Shown: positions 38,062 to 51,496, counted from the stretch's first letter. The stretch is 64,000 nt of DNA from Lytechinus pictus (GCF_037042905.1 NC_087263.1:9798001-9862000); one strand, 5' to 3'. Translations and numbers: made by a program. The notes: generated by a model not told the origin, from the sequence alone.

Positions 38062-38752
38062 ATTGGTATGTATTATTTCAGTTTATATCAATGTTTTGTT
38101 TTGTAACCCATGTAGATATTTTGACCTGCCATTCGTTTGGCATGAAACTATGGACCTGGTCTCTAATTGAGATGCATATACCTAATTGAGATACATTTGT
38201 TGTCATGATGAAACAACATTCTGAGTGCCCCCGGATTTTCCATTAAGGCTGCACCGAAAATGTTAACATAGATGAAGTATAGAAGAATCAGAATTATGAC
38301 AGTGATCTTTTAAATGTCTTTAATTATGTTGCATTACTGTAGAGCGCTTAGAGACAGACCTCTGATAAAGTATTTTATCTTTTTTTAAATACGTAGAGTA
38401 TAAGTGGGTGATTCTCCTCGAACTCTCTGGTTTTACAACCCAATCGGACTATTTATTTGGCTAAAGCAGTGTAGATGTAAAATATAAGGAGAGTATTCAA
38501 AAATCAAGGAGAGTGAAACTATTGAAACCAAGAAATACTTAAGTATTTTAAGTAAAATAAAATAACTTAGTTAATGCGAATGATTTCTAGAAACAATATA
38601 AATGGATACCAAATATCACTCATGTGTTTACATTTTACATTTAGTATGTTTTGATTTTGTTCTGCTTGTTTGTATCATTTAGAACCTCGTAGTTCATGTA
38701 GTTACCAGTAGTTATATTTTACCAACCCTTTCTCCAGTAGGCCTTATTAATA

Positions 38753-39041
38753 GGTGTCGTGGTCTAGTGGTTACGAATCTCGTCTTTCAATCTGATGGAC
38801 GTAGGTTCGATTCCCAACCATGGCGTGTTTTCCTTTAGGGAAAAATTGACCCACATTGTGCTGCACTCAACCTAGGCATGCTAGATGAGGTTAGTGGGTA
38901 CCCGGTAGGAAGAAATTCTTCAATGCTTGAGCGCCTATATGGCGGCTTGGCTACAATCAGGGTGATTATGTGATAAAGCTCAGTAGAGTATATTAATAAA
39001 ATAGCTGCACTACATAAATGGTCAATATTATCATTATCATT
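38753..39041 (+). mobile_element. tRNA-derived SINE
   Basis: A-box TGGTCTAGTGG (38760), B-box GGTTCGATTCC (38804), conserved core, and a simple-repeat ATTATC tail. Confidence 0.75.
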
Positions 39042-39173
39042 TCATAATTTATCTGTATACCCTCTAATCTAGCAGAGGTCATACAAATAGAAAAAAATAG
39101 AGTGATTGTGTGTGTGTGTGCATGGACCTATGTGTGAGCATGAACCTCAGAAGAGAGTCCATGGTGTGTGTGG

Positions 39174-39241
<68 letters not shown>

Positions 39242-40634
39242 GGGAGTGGATGAGAGAAAGGTTTGAGTACAGTGAAATAGCGGTGTGTCTAAGTTAAATT
39301 TCCTGATGTCTAAAAAATACAATGAGTGTCCCTCCCAACTTACAGGATAAGCATAAAATTATAAGACATAGAAGTCTTGTACTTCGACATCATTTCTTTT
39401 TATCAAAATAACTGAAAACACTTTGTATGAAAAAGCTGCACAAAAATAAGCCATGTAATATCGTCAGCGCAGGGTACAGAGTTCTCTTCCTGTTCATCTC
39501 ATATGTTATTTGCTCAACTATTCGGAGTGTGACAATATAATTTTTTTGAATTAGTCGTGTGAGAAACCCTTTGAAATGTAATTTCAATAGGAAAAATGCC
39601 TTCCAAAAGAAGTAGCGTAAACCCGCATTTTTTCATTGGCATTTCGTGACGAGAATATCAATTGTGCTATCTTATAAAAAACCGTACTTTACAGGTTTTG
39701 GTAAGAATAATAATAATAATACAACATGATAAAAAGTGTACAATATAATGCTATCGAAATTTATTTTTAGTGAAAAAACAAAAGATTAGTTGTTAAAATC
39801 TTCTAATTGGTTTGCTCCGTTATGGCAAAATGTAGATCATTCGACAACTCTTTTATTTTAAAGTCGATTGAGCTACAGCCGTTTTGATGCTAATAAATTG
39901 CTTCAAATGCGTAGTTTTACTTTTCTTTTCGAATTTTTTTACTCGATCACCACAATCCCTCGTATACAGGTTCTATTTTTTTAATTGGAAGGGCTGGCAA
40001 TGAATTTAAAACCCCATTCCTTGCAATTGCCTATAATACCAATTATATGTTTATAGTTTTCTCAAATATAAACTATTGATAAAGGTTGATTTAAAAATGT
40101 ACTTTCTGTTAATTTTTTTTTAAATTGTTAAACGAATTGACAAGCCCTAGGTATATAGGAAATTCTTATAACTACATTATTGAACAGTTGGAATGAGTAA
40201 GATATATTTTCACACGGGCACTACTCTCAGTCACTGAAATGAATTCCTATCTGGCCGAGGTCGGGGAAGACGGGCTGATATAAGAGACATCGATACCTAG
40301 CTGCCTGATAAATAGTTTCCCATCCCCATGTTGACCACGATAGGTATTGCTCTTCGTTCGTTTGTGCCCGATGTCACATGTTTTCAAGTCACCCGAAGCC
40401 CTCAACCTTTGCGAAACATTGCACATACACTTTGCATCTGATTCGAATGCTATTATAAGATTTTGTTACTACTAATTCGAAAAAAAAACAATGTACTAAA
40501 CTTTCTGATAGAATTGTCCTTTGAAATTTTCAGTGGGTAATTAAAATCAAATGCCGCAATTAAAATTAGGATTAATTTATTGATGATGCAAAATATTGTT
40601 TTCTTCTTTTGTTTACAGATCAAAAAGAATCAAC

Positions 40635-41038
40635 ATGTCGCGTTTCAAAACCTATCGAAACGAAGATATTCAATCAATATTAGGAGATGTGAATACTAGG
40701 CAAAGGTGCAGCATTGCGTATGCCACCAATGAAGGAGATGATTTTTCATGTAACCTCCCCACATCGCAACAACCAGATGGGATGACAATACTTCAAGCCG
40801 CAGAAGATTCTGGTCATCAAGATGTCCTACAGAGTTTCATTCGCTTGAGAGCAAACGTGCAAGATAAACGGCATATCGATACAGAGAAGATAGATGGGAT
40901 GACACCACTTCAAGCCGCGGAAGATATATGTCATCAAGATGTCCGACAATGTTTCATTCGGTTGAGAGCAAACGTGCAAGATAAACGGCATAACCCTGGT
41001 AGCCTTTTATATATCGAGATAACTATTCGCCCTACGAG
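40635..41038 (+). CDS. First coding exon with two degenerate ankyrin-like repeats
   Basis: Acceptor TTTTGTTTACAG before 40619 and CAACATG start. DGMTILQAAEDSGHQDVLQSFIRLRANV and DGMTPLQAAEDICHQDVRQCFIRLRANV follow the ankyrin consensus GxTPLHxAxxxGHxDVVxxLxxxxAxV. Donor AG|GTAAGA. Confidence 0.75.
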
Positions 41039-44000
41039 GTAAGAGCCGGTAGTTTGAGGCTTTTTGTGTTGAGACATAAATATACCACCTTGCATTATCT
41101 CACGTGTAGAAGTTGAAATTGAATCTTTAATACCGGAAATAAATTATGAATTCATATACAAGCAAGAAAATATGATCTTTGATAAAAGGGGATCACAAAA
41201 ATAGCAATAGCTGCTAATAGAGTGAGGCATCCTGTGTACATAAACGTGAGTAACTCTCTCATATAAACAGATACATACTTAAATGCATTATGTAAGGAGT
41301 ACATTGAATATACCGACAACTAATTATATTGATATATTACGAGTGTTTTTTAAGACATTTACCTCAGAAAATGTATATCACCCCAATTTGCATATAACCT
41401 ATGGTATTTTGTATCATGTTTCAGTGAGTCATGTGTCGCCAAACCAAAAACCCAACTTTATAGAGGTGAGGTACCGGCTGTTATTGATTCAGCTATCACC
41501 AGTGAAAACGGCGCAGGAGATCCAAAACCCGGATCAAAGGTATATAGCCTTTTATAGGATTGCCGGGAATAGGGCAGCCACACAGATTTCCGTGTTGTGT
41601 AAATCGTAGTGATCCATTGTTATTAAGGAATTAAGGGCATGTCCTAAACTATTATAGTTTTACTCTAGAAATGAAATAATGGCACTTTTTGCTCCTCCGC
41701 AAAGGTTTATTATTCATCTTTTTATGTAATCTAATGTCATTTAATTAAATATAACTTGATCAGATAATTGAACAATCCATTAGGCCTAATTTTTAAAGAC
41801 AGCTATGCAATACCATACTTGAACATGATATTTTAATGTTTCACCCACAGAATCGCCGGCCAGGGAACCCTGGTAGACTTTTATATATCGATGTCACTAT
41901 ACGCCCTACGAGGTAAGAGCCGGTAGTTTGAGGCTTTTTGTGTTGAGACATAAATATACAACTTTACATTATCTCACGTGTAGAAGTTGAAATTGAATCT
42001 TTAATACCGGAAATAAATTATGAATTCATATACAAGCAAGAAAATATGATCTTTGATAAAAGGGGATCACAAAAATAGCAATAGCTGCTAATAGAGTGAG
42101 GCATCCTGTGTACATAAACGTGAGTAACTCTCTCATATAAACAGATACATACTTAAATGCATTATGTAAGGAGTACATTGAATATACCGACAACTAATTA
42201 TATTGATATATTACGAGTGTTTTTTAAGACATTTACCTCAGAAAATGTATATCACCCCAATTTGCATATAACCTATGGTATTTTGTATTATGTTTCAGTG
42301 AGTCACGTATCGCCAAACCAAAAACCCAACTTTATAGAGGTGAGGTACCGGCTGTTAATGATACGACTATCACCAGTGAAAACGGCGCAGGAGATCCAAA
42401 ACCCGGAATAAAGGTATATAGCTTTTTATAGGATTGCCGGGAATAGGGCAGCCACACAGATTTCCGCGTTGCATAAATCGTTGTGATCCATTGTAATTAA
42501 GGAATTAAGGGCATGTCCAAAACTATTATAGTTTTACTATAGAAATGAAATAATGGCACTTTTTGCTCCTCCGCAAAGGTTTATTATTCATCTTTTTATG
42601 TAATCTAATGTCATTTAATTAAATATAACTTGATCAGATAATTGAACAATCCATTAGGCCTAATTTTTAAAGACAGCTACACAATACCATACTTGAACAT
42701 GATATTTTAATGTTTCACCCACAGAATCGCCAGCGAGGAAACCCTGGTAGCCTTTTATATATCGATGTCACTATACGCCCTACGAGGTAAGAGCCGGTAG
42801 TTTGAGGCTTTTTGTGTTGAGATATCAATATACCACCTGACATTATCTCACGTGTAGAAGTTGAAATTGAATCTTTATTACCGGAAATAAATTATGAATT
42901 CATATACAAGCAAGAAAATATGATCTTTGATAATAATGATAATCATGATAATGGTTATTTATCTGCACTATACACAAAAAGTATCACAGCGCTTACAATT
43001 GTCAGAAATGAAATAGATTAAAAAGGAATCACAAAAATAGCAATAGCTGCTAATAGAGTGAGGCATCCTGTACATACAAATATGTAACTCTTCCAAATAA
43101 ACAGATACATACTTAAATGTATTATCTAAGGAGTACATTGAATATACTGACAACTAATTATATTAGTACATTACGAGTGTGTTTTAAGACATTTACCTCA
43201 GAAAATGTAAATCACCCCAATTTGCATATAACATATGGTATTTTGTATTATGTTTCAGTGAGTCACGTATCGCCAAACCAAAAACCCAACTTTATAGAGG
43301 TGAGGTACCGGCTGTTAATGATACGACTATCACCAGTGAAAACGGCGCAGGAGATCCAAAACCCGGAATAAAGGTATATAGCTTTTTATAGGATTGCCGG
43401 GAATAGGGCAGCCACACAGATTTCCGCGTTGCATAAATCGTTGTGATCCATTGTAATTAAGGAATTAAGGGCATGTCCTAAACTATTATAGTTTTACTAT
43501 AGAAATGAAATAATGGCACTTTTTGCTCCTCCGCAAAGGTTTATTATTCATCTTTTTATGTAATCTAATGTCATTTAATTAAATATAACTTGATCAGATA
43601 ATTGAACAATCCATTAGACCTAATTTTTAAAGACAGCTATGCAATACCATACTTGAACATGATATTTTAATGTTTCACCCACAGAATCGCCGGCCAGGGA
43701 ACCCTGGTAGACTTTTATATATCGATGTCACTATACGCCCTACGAGGTAAGAGCCGGTAGTTTGAGGCTTTTTGTGTTGAGACATAAATATACAACCTTA
43801 CATTATCTCACGTGTAGAAGTTGAAATTGAATCTTTGTTACCGGAAATAAATTATGAATTCATATACAAGCAAGAAAATATGATCTTTGATAAAAGGGGA
43901 TCACAAAAATAGCAATAGCTGCTAATAGAGTGAGGCATCCTGTACATAAACGTGAGTAACTCTCTCATATAAACAGATATATACTTAAATGCATTATCTA

Positions 44001-47000
44001 AGGAGTACATTGAATATACTGACAACTAATTATATTGATACATTACGAGTTTGTTTCAAGACATTTACCTCAGAAAATGTAAATCACCCCAATTTGCATA
44101 TAACCTATGGTATTTTGTATTATGTTTCAGTGAGTCACGTATCGCCAAACCAAAAACCCAACTTTATAGAGGTGAGGTACCGGATGTTAATGATACGACT
44201 ATCACCAGTGAAAACCGCGCAGGAGATCCAAAACCCGGATCAAAGGTATATAGCCTTTTATAGGATTGCCGGGAATAGGGCAGCCACACAGATTTCCGTG
44301 TTGTGTAAATCGTAGTGATCCATTGTTATTAAGGAATTAAGGGCATGTCCTAAACTATTATAGTTTTACTCTAGAAATGAAATAATGGCACTTTTTGCTC
44401 CTCCGCAAAGGTTTATTATTCATCTTTTTATGTAATCTAATGTCATTTAATTAAATATAACTTGATCAGATAATTGAACAATCCATTAGACCTAATTTTT
44501 AAAGACAGCTATGCAATACCATACTTGAACATGATATTTTAATGTTTCACCCACAGAATCGCCGGCCAGGGAACCCTGGTAGACTTTTATATATCGATGT
44601 CACTATACGCCCTACGAGGTAAGAGCCGGTAGTTTGAGGCTTTTTGTGTTGAGACATAAATATACAACCTTACATTATCTCACGTGTAGAAGTTGAAATT
44701 GAATCTTTATTACCGGAAATAAATTATGAATTCATATACAAGCAAGAAAATATGATCTTTGATAATAATGATAATCATGATAATGGTTATTTATCTGCGC
44801 TATACACAAAAAGTATCACAGCGCTTACAATTGTCAGAAATGAAATAGATTAAAAAGGAATCACAAAAATAGCAATAGCTGCTAATAGAGTGAGGCATCC
44901 TGTACATACAAATATGTAACTCTTCCAAATAAACAGATACATACTTAAATGTATTATCTAAGGAGTACATTGAATATACTGACAACTAATTATATTGATA
45001 CATTACGAGTTTGTTTTAAGACATTTACCTCAGAAAATGTAAATCACCCCAATTTGCATATAACATATGGTATTTTGTATTATGTTTCAGTGAGTCACGT
45101 ATCGCCAAACCAAAAACCCAACTTTATAGAGGTGAGGTACCGGCTGTTAATGATACGACTATCACCAGTGAAAACGGCGCAGGAGATCCAAAAACCCGGA
45201 ATAAAGGTATATAGCTTTTTATAGGATTGCCGGGAATAGGGCAGCCACACAGATTTCCGCGTTGCATAAATCGTTGTGATCCATTGTAATTAAGGAATTA
45301 AGGGCATGTCCTAAACTATTATAGTTTTACTATAGAAATGAAATAATGGCACTTTTTGCTCCTCCGCAAAGGTTTATTATTCATCTTTTTATGTAATCTA
45401 ATGTCATTTAATTAAATATAACTTGATCAGATAATTGAACAATCCATTAGACCTAATTTTTAAAGACAGCTATGCAATACCATACTTGAACATGATATTT
45501 TAATGTTTCACCCACAGAATCGCCGGCCAGGGAACCCTGGTAGACTTTTATATATCGATGTCACTATACGCCCTACGAGGTAAGAGCCGGTAGTTTGAGG
45601 CTTTTTGTGTTGAGACATAAATATACAACCTTACATTATCTCACGTGTAGAAGTTGAAATTGAATCTTTGTTACCGGAAATAAATTATGAATTCATATAC
45701 AAGCAAGAAAATATGATCTTTGATAAAAGGGGATCACAAAAATAGCAATAGCTGCTAATAGAGTGAGGCATCCTGTACATAAACGTGAGTAACTCTCTCA
45801 TATAAACAGATACATACTTAAATGCATTATCTAAGGAGTACATTGAATATACTGACAACTAATTATATTGATACATTACGAGTTTGTTTCAAGACATTTA
45901 CCTCAGAAAATGTAAATCACCCCAATTTGCATATAACCTATGGTATTTTGTATTATGTTTCAGTGAGTCATGTGTCGCCAAACCAAAAACCCAACTTTAT
46001 AGAGGTGAGGTACCGGATGTTAATGATACGACTATCACCAGTGAAAACCGCGCAGGAGATCCAAAACCCGGATCAAAGGTATATAGCCTTTTATAGGATT
46101 GCCGGGAATAGGGCAGCCACACAGATTTCCGTGTTGTGTAAATCGTAGTGATCCATTGTTATTAAGGAATTAAGGGCATGTCCTAAACTATTATAGTTTT
46201 ACTCTAGAAATGAAATAATGGCACTTTTTGCTCCTCCGCAAAGGTTTATTATTCATCTTTTTATGTAATCTAATGTCATTTAATTAAATATAACTTGATC
46301 AGATAATTGAACAATCCATTAGACCTAATTTTTAAAGACAGCTATGCAATACCATACTTGAACATGATATTTTAATGTTTCACCCACAGAATCGCCGGCC
46401 AGGGAACCCTGGTAGACTTTTATATATCGATGTCACTATACGCCCTACGAGGTAAGAGCCGGTAGTTTGAGGCTTTTTGTGTTGAGACATAAATATAAAA
46501 CCTTACATTATCTCACGTGTAGAAGTTGAAATTGAATCTTTATTACCGGAAATAAATTATGAATTCATATACAAGCAAGAAAATATGATCTTTGATAATA
46601 ATGATAATCCTGATAATGGTTATTTATCTGCACTATACACAAAAAGTATCACAGCGCTTACAATTGTCAGAAATGAAATAGATTAAAAAGGAATCACAAA
46701 AATAGCAATAGCTGCTAATAGAGTGAGGCATCCTGTACATACAAATATGTAACTCTTCCAAATAAACAGATACATACTTAAATGTATTATCTAAGGAGTA
46801 CATTGAATATACTGACAACTAATTATATTGATACATTACGAGTTTGTTTCAAGACATTTACCTCAGAAAATGTAAATCACCCCAATTTGCATATAACCTA
46901 TGGTATTTTGTATTATGTTTCAGTGAGTCATGTGTCGCCAAACCAAAAACCCAACTTTATAGAGGTGAGGTACCGGATGTTAATGATACGACTATCACCA

Positions 47001-50000
47001 GTGAAAACCGCGCAGGAGATCCAAAACCCGGATCAAAGGTATATAGCCTTTTATAGGATTGCCGGGAATAGGGCAGCCACACAGATTTCCGTGTTGTGTA
47101 AATCGTAGTGATCCATTGTTATTAAGGAATTAAGGGCATGTCCTAAACTATTATAGTTTTACTATAGAAATGAAATAATGGCACTTTTTGCTCCTCCGCA
47201 AAGGTTTATTATTCATCTTTTTATGTAATCTAATGTCATTTAATTAAATATAACTTGATCAGATAATTGAACAATCCATTAGACCTAATTTTTAAAGACA
47301 GCTATGCAATACCATACTTGAACATGATATTTTAATGTTTCACCCACAGAATCGCCGGCCAGGGAACCCTGGTAGACTTTTATATATCGATGTCACTATA
47401 CGCCCTACGAGGTAAGAGCCGGTAGTTTGAGGCTTTTTGTGTTGAGACATAAATATACAACCTTACATTATCTCACGTGTAGAAGTTGAAATTGAATCTT
47501 TGTTACCGGAAATAAATTATGAATTCATATACAAGCAAGAAAATATGATCTTTGATAAAAGGGGATCACAAAAATAGCAATAGCTGCTAATAGAGTGAGG
47601 CATCCTGTACATAAACGTGAGTAACTCTCTCATATAAACAGATACATACTTAAATGCATTATCTAAGGAGTACATTGAATATACTGACAACTAATTATAT
47701 TGATACATTACGAGTTTGTTTCAAGACATTTACCTCAGAAAATGTAAATCACCCCAATTTGCATATAACCTATGGTATTTTGTATTATGTTTCAGTGAGT
47801 CATGTGTCGCCAAACCAAAAACCCAACTTTATAGAGGTGAGGTACCGGATGTTAATGATACGACTATCACCAGTGAAAACCGCGCAGGAGATCCAAAACC
47901 CGGATCAAAGGTATATAGCCTTTTATAGGATTGCCGGGAATAGGGCAGCCACACAGATTTCCGTGTTGTGTAAATCGTAGTGATCCATTGTTATTAAGGA
48001 ATTAAGGGCATGTCCTAAACTATTATAGTTTTACTATAGAAATGAAATAATGGCACTTTTGGCTCCTCCGCAAAAGTTTATTATTCGTCTTTTTATGTAA
48101 TCTAATGTCATTTAATTAAATATAACTTGATCAGATTATTAAATAATCCATTAGACCTAATTTTTAAAGACAGCTACACAATACCATACTTGAACATGAT
48201 ATTTTAATGTTTCACCCACAGAATCGCCGGCCAGGGAACCCTGGTAGACTTTTATATATCGATGTCACTATACGCCCTACGAGGTAAGAGCCGGTAGTTT
48301 GAGGCTTTTTGTGTTGAGACATAAATATACAACCTTACATTATCTCACGTGTAGAAGTTGAAATTGAATCTTTATTACCGGAAATAAATTATGAATTCAT
48401 ATACAAGCAAGAAAATATGATCTTTGATAATAATGATAATCATGATAATGGTTATTTATCTGCGCTATACACAAAAAGTATCACAGCGCTTACAATTGTC
48501 AGAAATAAAATAGATTAAAAAGGAATCACAAAAATAGCAATAGCTGCTAATAGAGTGAGGCATCCTGTACTTACAAATATGTACCTCTTCCAAATAAACA
48601 GATGCATCCTTAATGTATTATCTAAGGAGTACATTGAATATACTGACAACTAATTATATTAGTACATTACGAGTGTGTTTTAAGACATTTACCTCAGAAA
48701 ATGTAAATCATGCCAATTTGCATATAACCTATGCTATTTTGCATTATGTTTCAGTGAGTCACGTATCGCCAAACCAAAAACCCAACTTTATAGAGGTGAG
48801 GGACCGACTGTTGACGATTCGGCTATCAACATCGAAAACGGCGCAGTAGATCCAAAACACGAAATGAAGGTAGTCTTTTATAGGATTGCCGGGAATTCGG
48901 CAGCCACACAGATTTCCGTGTTGCATAAATCGTTGTGATCCATTGTAATTTAGGAATTAAGGGCATGTCCTCCCTAAAATATTATAGTTTCACTATAGAA
49001 AAGAAATAATGGCACTTTTGGCTCCTCCGCAAGGGTTTATTGTTCCTCTTTTCATGTAATCTAATGTCATTTAAATAAATATAACTTGATCAGACTATTA
49101 AATAATCCATTAGGCCTAATTTTATAAGACAGCTACACAATACCTCTTTGAACATGATATTTTTATATTTCACCCACAGAATCTTCGGCGAACGAACCGT
49201 AATATTCTTTCCCGACATAAGAATACAACTATTCGTCCTACGCGGTAAGAGTATAATACATAAATATACCACAATACCATGTCTTACAAATAGTTGAAAC
49301 TGAAAAAAAATATATAAAGACAATATTACTGATGTACAAGCAAGAAAATAGCATCTTTGTTAAGAGGGGACACAAAATGGCAATAGCTGCTAATCGCGTC
49401 TAATATACCCTGAAGGCACGAACATACTACTGTTAACTCTTCCAAATGAATGAATGAATGTACACACAAACATGTAAATGTATTATTGATTGATTATTTT
49501 ATTCCCATGCAACAGTTAATTATACAACAAAAAATGAATTGACAACATTCAACGGTAAAATAACAATAAATAACAGTCATTTCATGGGACGAGACAGTCA
49601 TAAGCATAAAGGCCTGAAAAAAGACACCCCTCAAGAAAAGACTACGGCCCTTCATATACATCAATAAAAGTAGATATATAAAAATTAAACAAAAAGCAGG
49701 GCCAGATGAAAAAATCAAGCATGTGACGAAAAATATTAGCAAAATACTAGTCCAATGATAATAATCCGCCATGAATATCTAAGGAGTACATTCAATATAC
49801 CGACAACTAATTTAATTACACTACATTTACGAATGTCTTCGTCTAACGTGTTTTTAAGATAATCACCTCAGACAAAAGACAACCACCCAAATGTACATAT
49901 TACCTATTGTATTTCTACTTATTTTTCAGTTTGTCTTGTGTCTCCAAACCAAAAACACAACTTTATGGAGGTGAGGTACCAGCTACGAAGAATTTGACTA

Positions 50001-51496
50001 TCACCAATGAAAACGACGCAGTAAATCCAAAACCGCGAATAAAGGTAACCTTTCACAAGATAGCCGGGAATAGTAGGACCACAAAGACCCGGGTTTTAAG
50101 TAAATCTTTGTGATCCAATGCAATTAAGAAATCAATTGCATGTCCTAAAACATTTGTAATAGTACGTCGTGTTTATTTCAAACTCAAGGTGCATTTAATT
50201 TCAAGTTTTATGCAATCTTCTGTCCTAACTGTCTGGGTTTATTGATACGTTTTGTTTTGATTAAGATATTTTGACAGGGGTTTTGAACTATTTGATGATT
50301 AAACTATTGCGGATTTATAAGTAACATGGAACAATGAAATCCTTTATCTGTTTTCATTGACTTTATTCAAATCGCTCGATCCTTTGCAGCACGACATGGA
50401 TTATATACCGTTTCATTTACAAAATAACAGATCATAATAGAAAAGAGTACGACTCGTGAAAAACGGTGTAATTTGAATGGCTCTCTGAAATCACCACATG
50501 ACTTATTATCTTGTTCTTTTTTACAATTTCATACTCTTCTTGCAGAGCAAACGACGAAACATTGAGAATGGTCTTTCGATCCTGACCCTCCTCCATAGGG
50601 CGATTCTAGCTTTGGCCTTCTACTTTGCTTGTTGTCCAATACTCGTGGCAGGCAACTTAAGGTGGACCGAACCGGTTACGTTGGATGTGGGTACACGTGG
50701 CGTAGTCGCATTCTATCTCCAGCGGCCATCCAGTACACTGCAGTTTTCTCTTTTCTACACGATTCAGTTCGGATCGAAGGGTCGTCCTTTTTGTATCGAT
50801 GGACGATATGATGTTGATGGCTTCAAAGATCCTTCTCAAATATCAAGATTCACTTTCACTTTCATAGACAGAGATGCATCTCCCAGTGTGACTATGACAA
50901 TAGATGACGTTCATACCATAGACGGAGATCAGTACATATTTATCGGAGTGTGGCGTAGTTTGGAGTACGTTCAGTATGATAATCAGAAGAAGGAGGTTAT
51001 TGTACAACGTCCTCCCAGTCCGGCAGATTGCTTCATCACTTTACGTGATAGTGAGTATCCGTATGAAGTACATTGTTGGGCCAAGACCGGAAGTATACCA
51101 ACCACACTGGCATGCTACCAAAACGACAGGGATCTCGTCAAAGTGCATAACATTACACATAATGGGCACACCACCAGAGCTATCTTTCTCCTACCCGATA
51201 CGACCCATTTCTCCTGCTGTTCACATTACATAACATCCACCGTAGATGCAGCAACCTGCAACGACTTTGAGTGGCCTCCTGGTTATTCTGGTATTTCCAG
51301 TACAGAGAAGACAACCAGTATGTCTGCCGGTGAACAATCCAATTGGCCTACTGATCCGACACCTACAACCGATACAGTACATGTAGGTTCTGGAGCTTGT
51401 AGATCATACATGATTCCATCAAAATGGCACTTTTTGTACATGATCTTATATCTTTGTGCCTTTTACATCATGTGTTATGAATTATTATATAACTAG
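40635..51496 (+). CDS. Multi-exon gene: 2 degenerate ankyrin repeats - ~10x 59-aa repeat - hydrophobic segment - 2 Ig-like domains - S/T/P stalk - GPI-like tail (~1021 aa if the extra A in exon B5 is an error)
   Basis: All introns are GT-AG with compatible phases. Exons: 40635-41038; B exons (115 nt) 41425-41539, 42299-42413, 43259-43373, 44131-44245, 45091-45206 (116 nt), 45964-46078, 46924-47038, 47796-47910, 48755-48869, 49930-50044; A exons (62 nt) 41851-41912, 42725-42786, 43685-43746, 44557-44618, 45518-45579, 46390-46451, 47350-47411, 48222-48283, 49180-49244 (65 nt); last exon 50546-51496. Confidence 0.75.
40992..50150 (+). repeat. Tandem array of ~10 units alternating ~872 and ~960 bp (higher-order ~1832-bp dimer)
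   Basis: B-exon spacings are 874, 960, 872, 960, 873, 960, 872, 959 and 1175. Long units carry an extra ~88-bp intronic block. Confidence 0.95.
50546..51496 (+). CDS. Terminal exon: signal/anchor segment, V-type-like Ig domain, Cys-containing second domain, stalk, GPI-like signal
   Basis: Acceptor CTCTTCTTGCAG, phase 0. LSILTLLHRAILALAFYFACCPILVAG is hydrophobic. SRFTFT...VTMTIDDVHTIDGDQYIF fits the V-set D/E/F-strand pattern without the canonical Cys pair. C-terminus is GSGA plus WHFLYMILYLCAFYIMCYELLYN. Confidence 0.8.
   Translation, partial: SKRRNIENGLSILTLLHRAILALAFYFACCPILVAGNLRWTEPVTLDVGTRGVVAFYLQRPSSTLQFSLFYTIQFGSKGRPFCIDGRYDVDGFKDPSQISRFTFTFIDRDASPSVTMTIDDVHTIDGDQYIFIGVWRSLEYVQYDNQKKEVIVQRPPSPADCFITLRDSEYPYEVHCWAKTGSIPTTLACYQNDRDLVKVHNITHNGHTTRAIFLLPDTTHFSCCSHYITSTVDAATCNDFEWPPGYSGISSTEKTTSMSAGEQSNWPTDPTPTTDTVHVGSGACRSYMIPSKWHFLYMILYLCAFYIMCYELLYN

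Larger units (their letters stand above)
28215..39700 (+). repeat. Old segmental tandem duplication (~28.2-31.3 kb vs ~32.5-39.7 kb), broken by later TE insertions
   Basis: Collinear matches 28245/32577, 28480/32850, 29015/33220, 29445-29560/34768-34880 and 30990-31300/39322-39670. Confidence 0.7.

Noticed and set aside
38753..38825. tRNA gene
   Set aside because: A and B boxes are present, but the acceptor stem is poor and it continues into a SINE core and tail.
41283..48849. Repeated 78-108 aa ORFs (MHYVRSTLN...) as tandem genes
   Set aside because: They start in intron sequence and cross the B exon in another frame, with variable stops. The spliced frame fits phases throughout.
40992..50150. 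Array as CRISPR-like or pure satellite
   Set aside because: Eukaryotic context, ~900-bp units with no unique spacers, and exons with conserved splice sites.
50498..50545. ATG at 50498 as start of a stand-alone 332-aa gene
   Set aside because: These 16 codons look like a polypyrimidine tract ending in TGCAG, in phase with the upstream donor at 50044. Use as an alternative start cannot be fully excluded.
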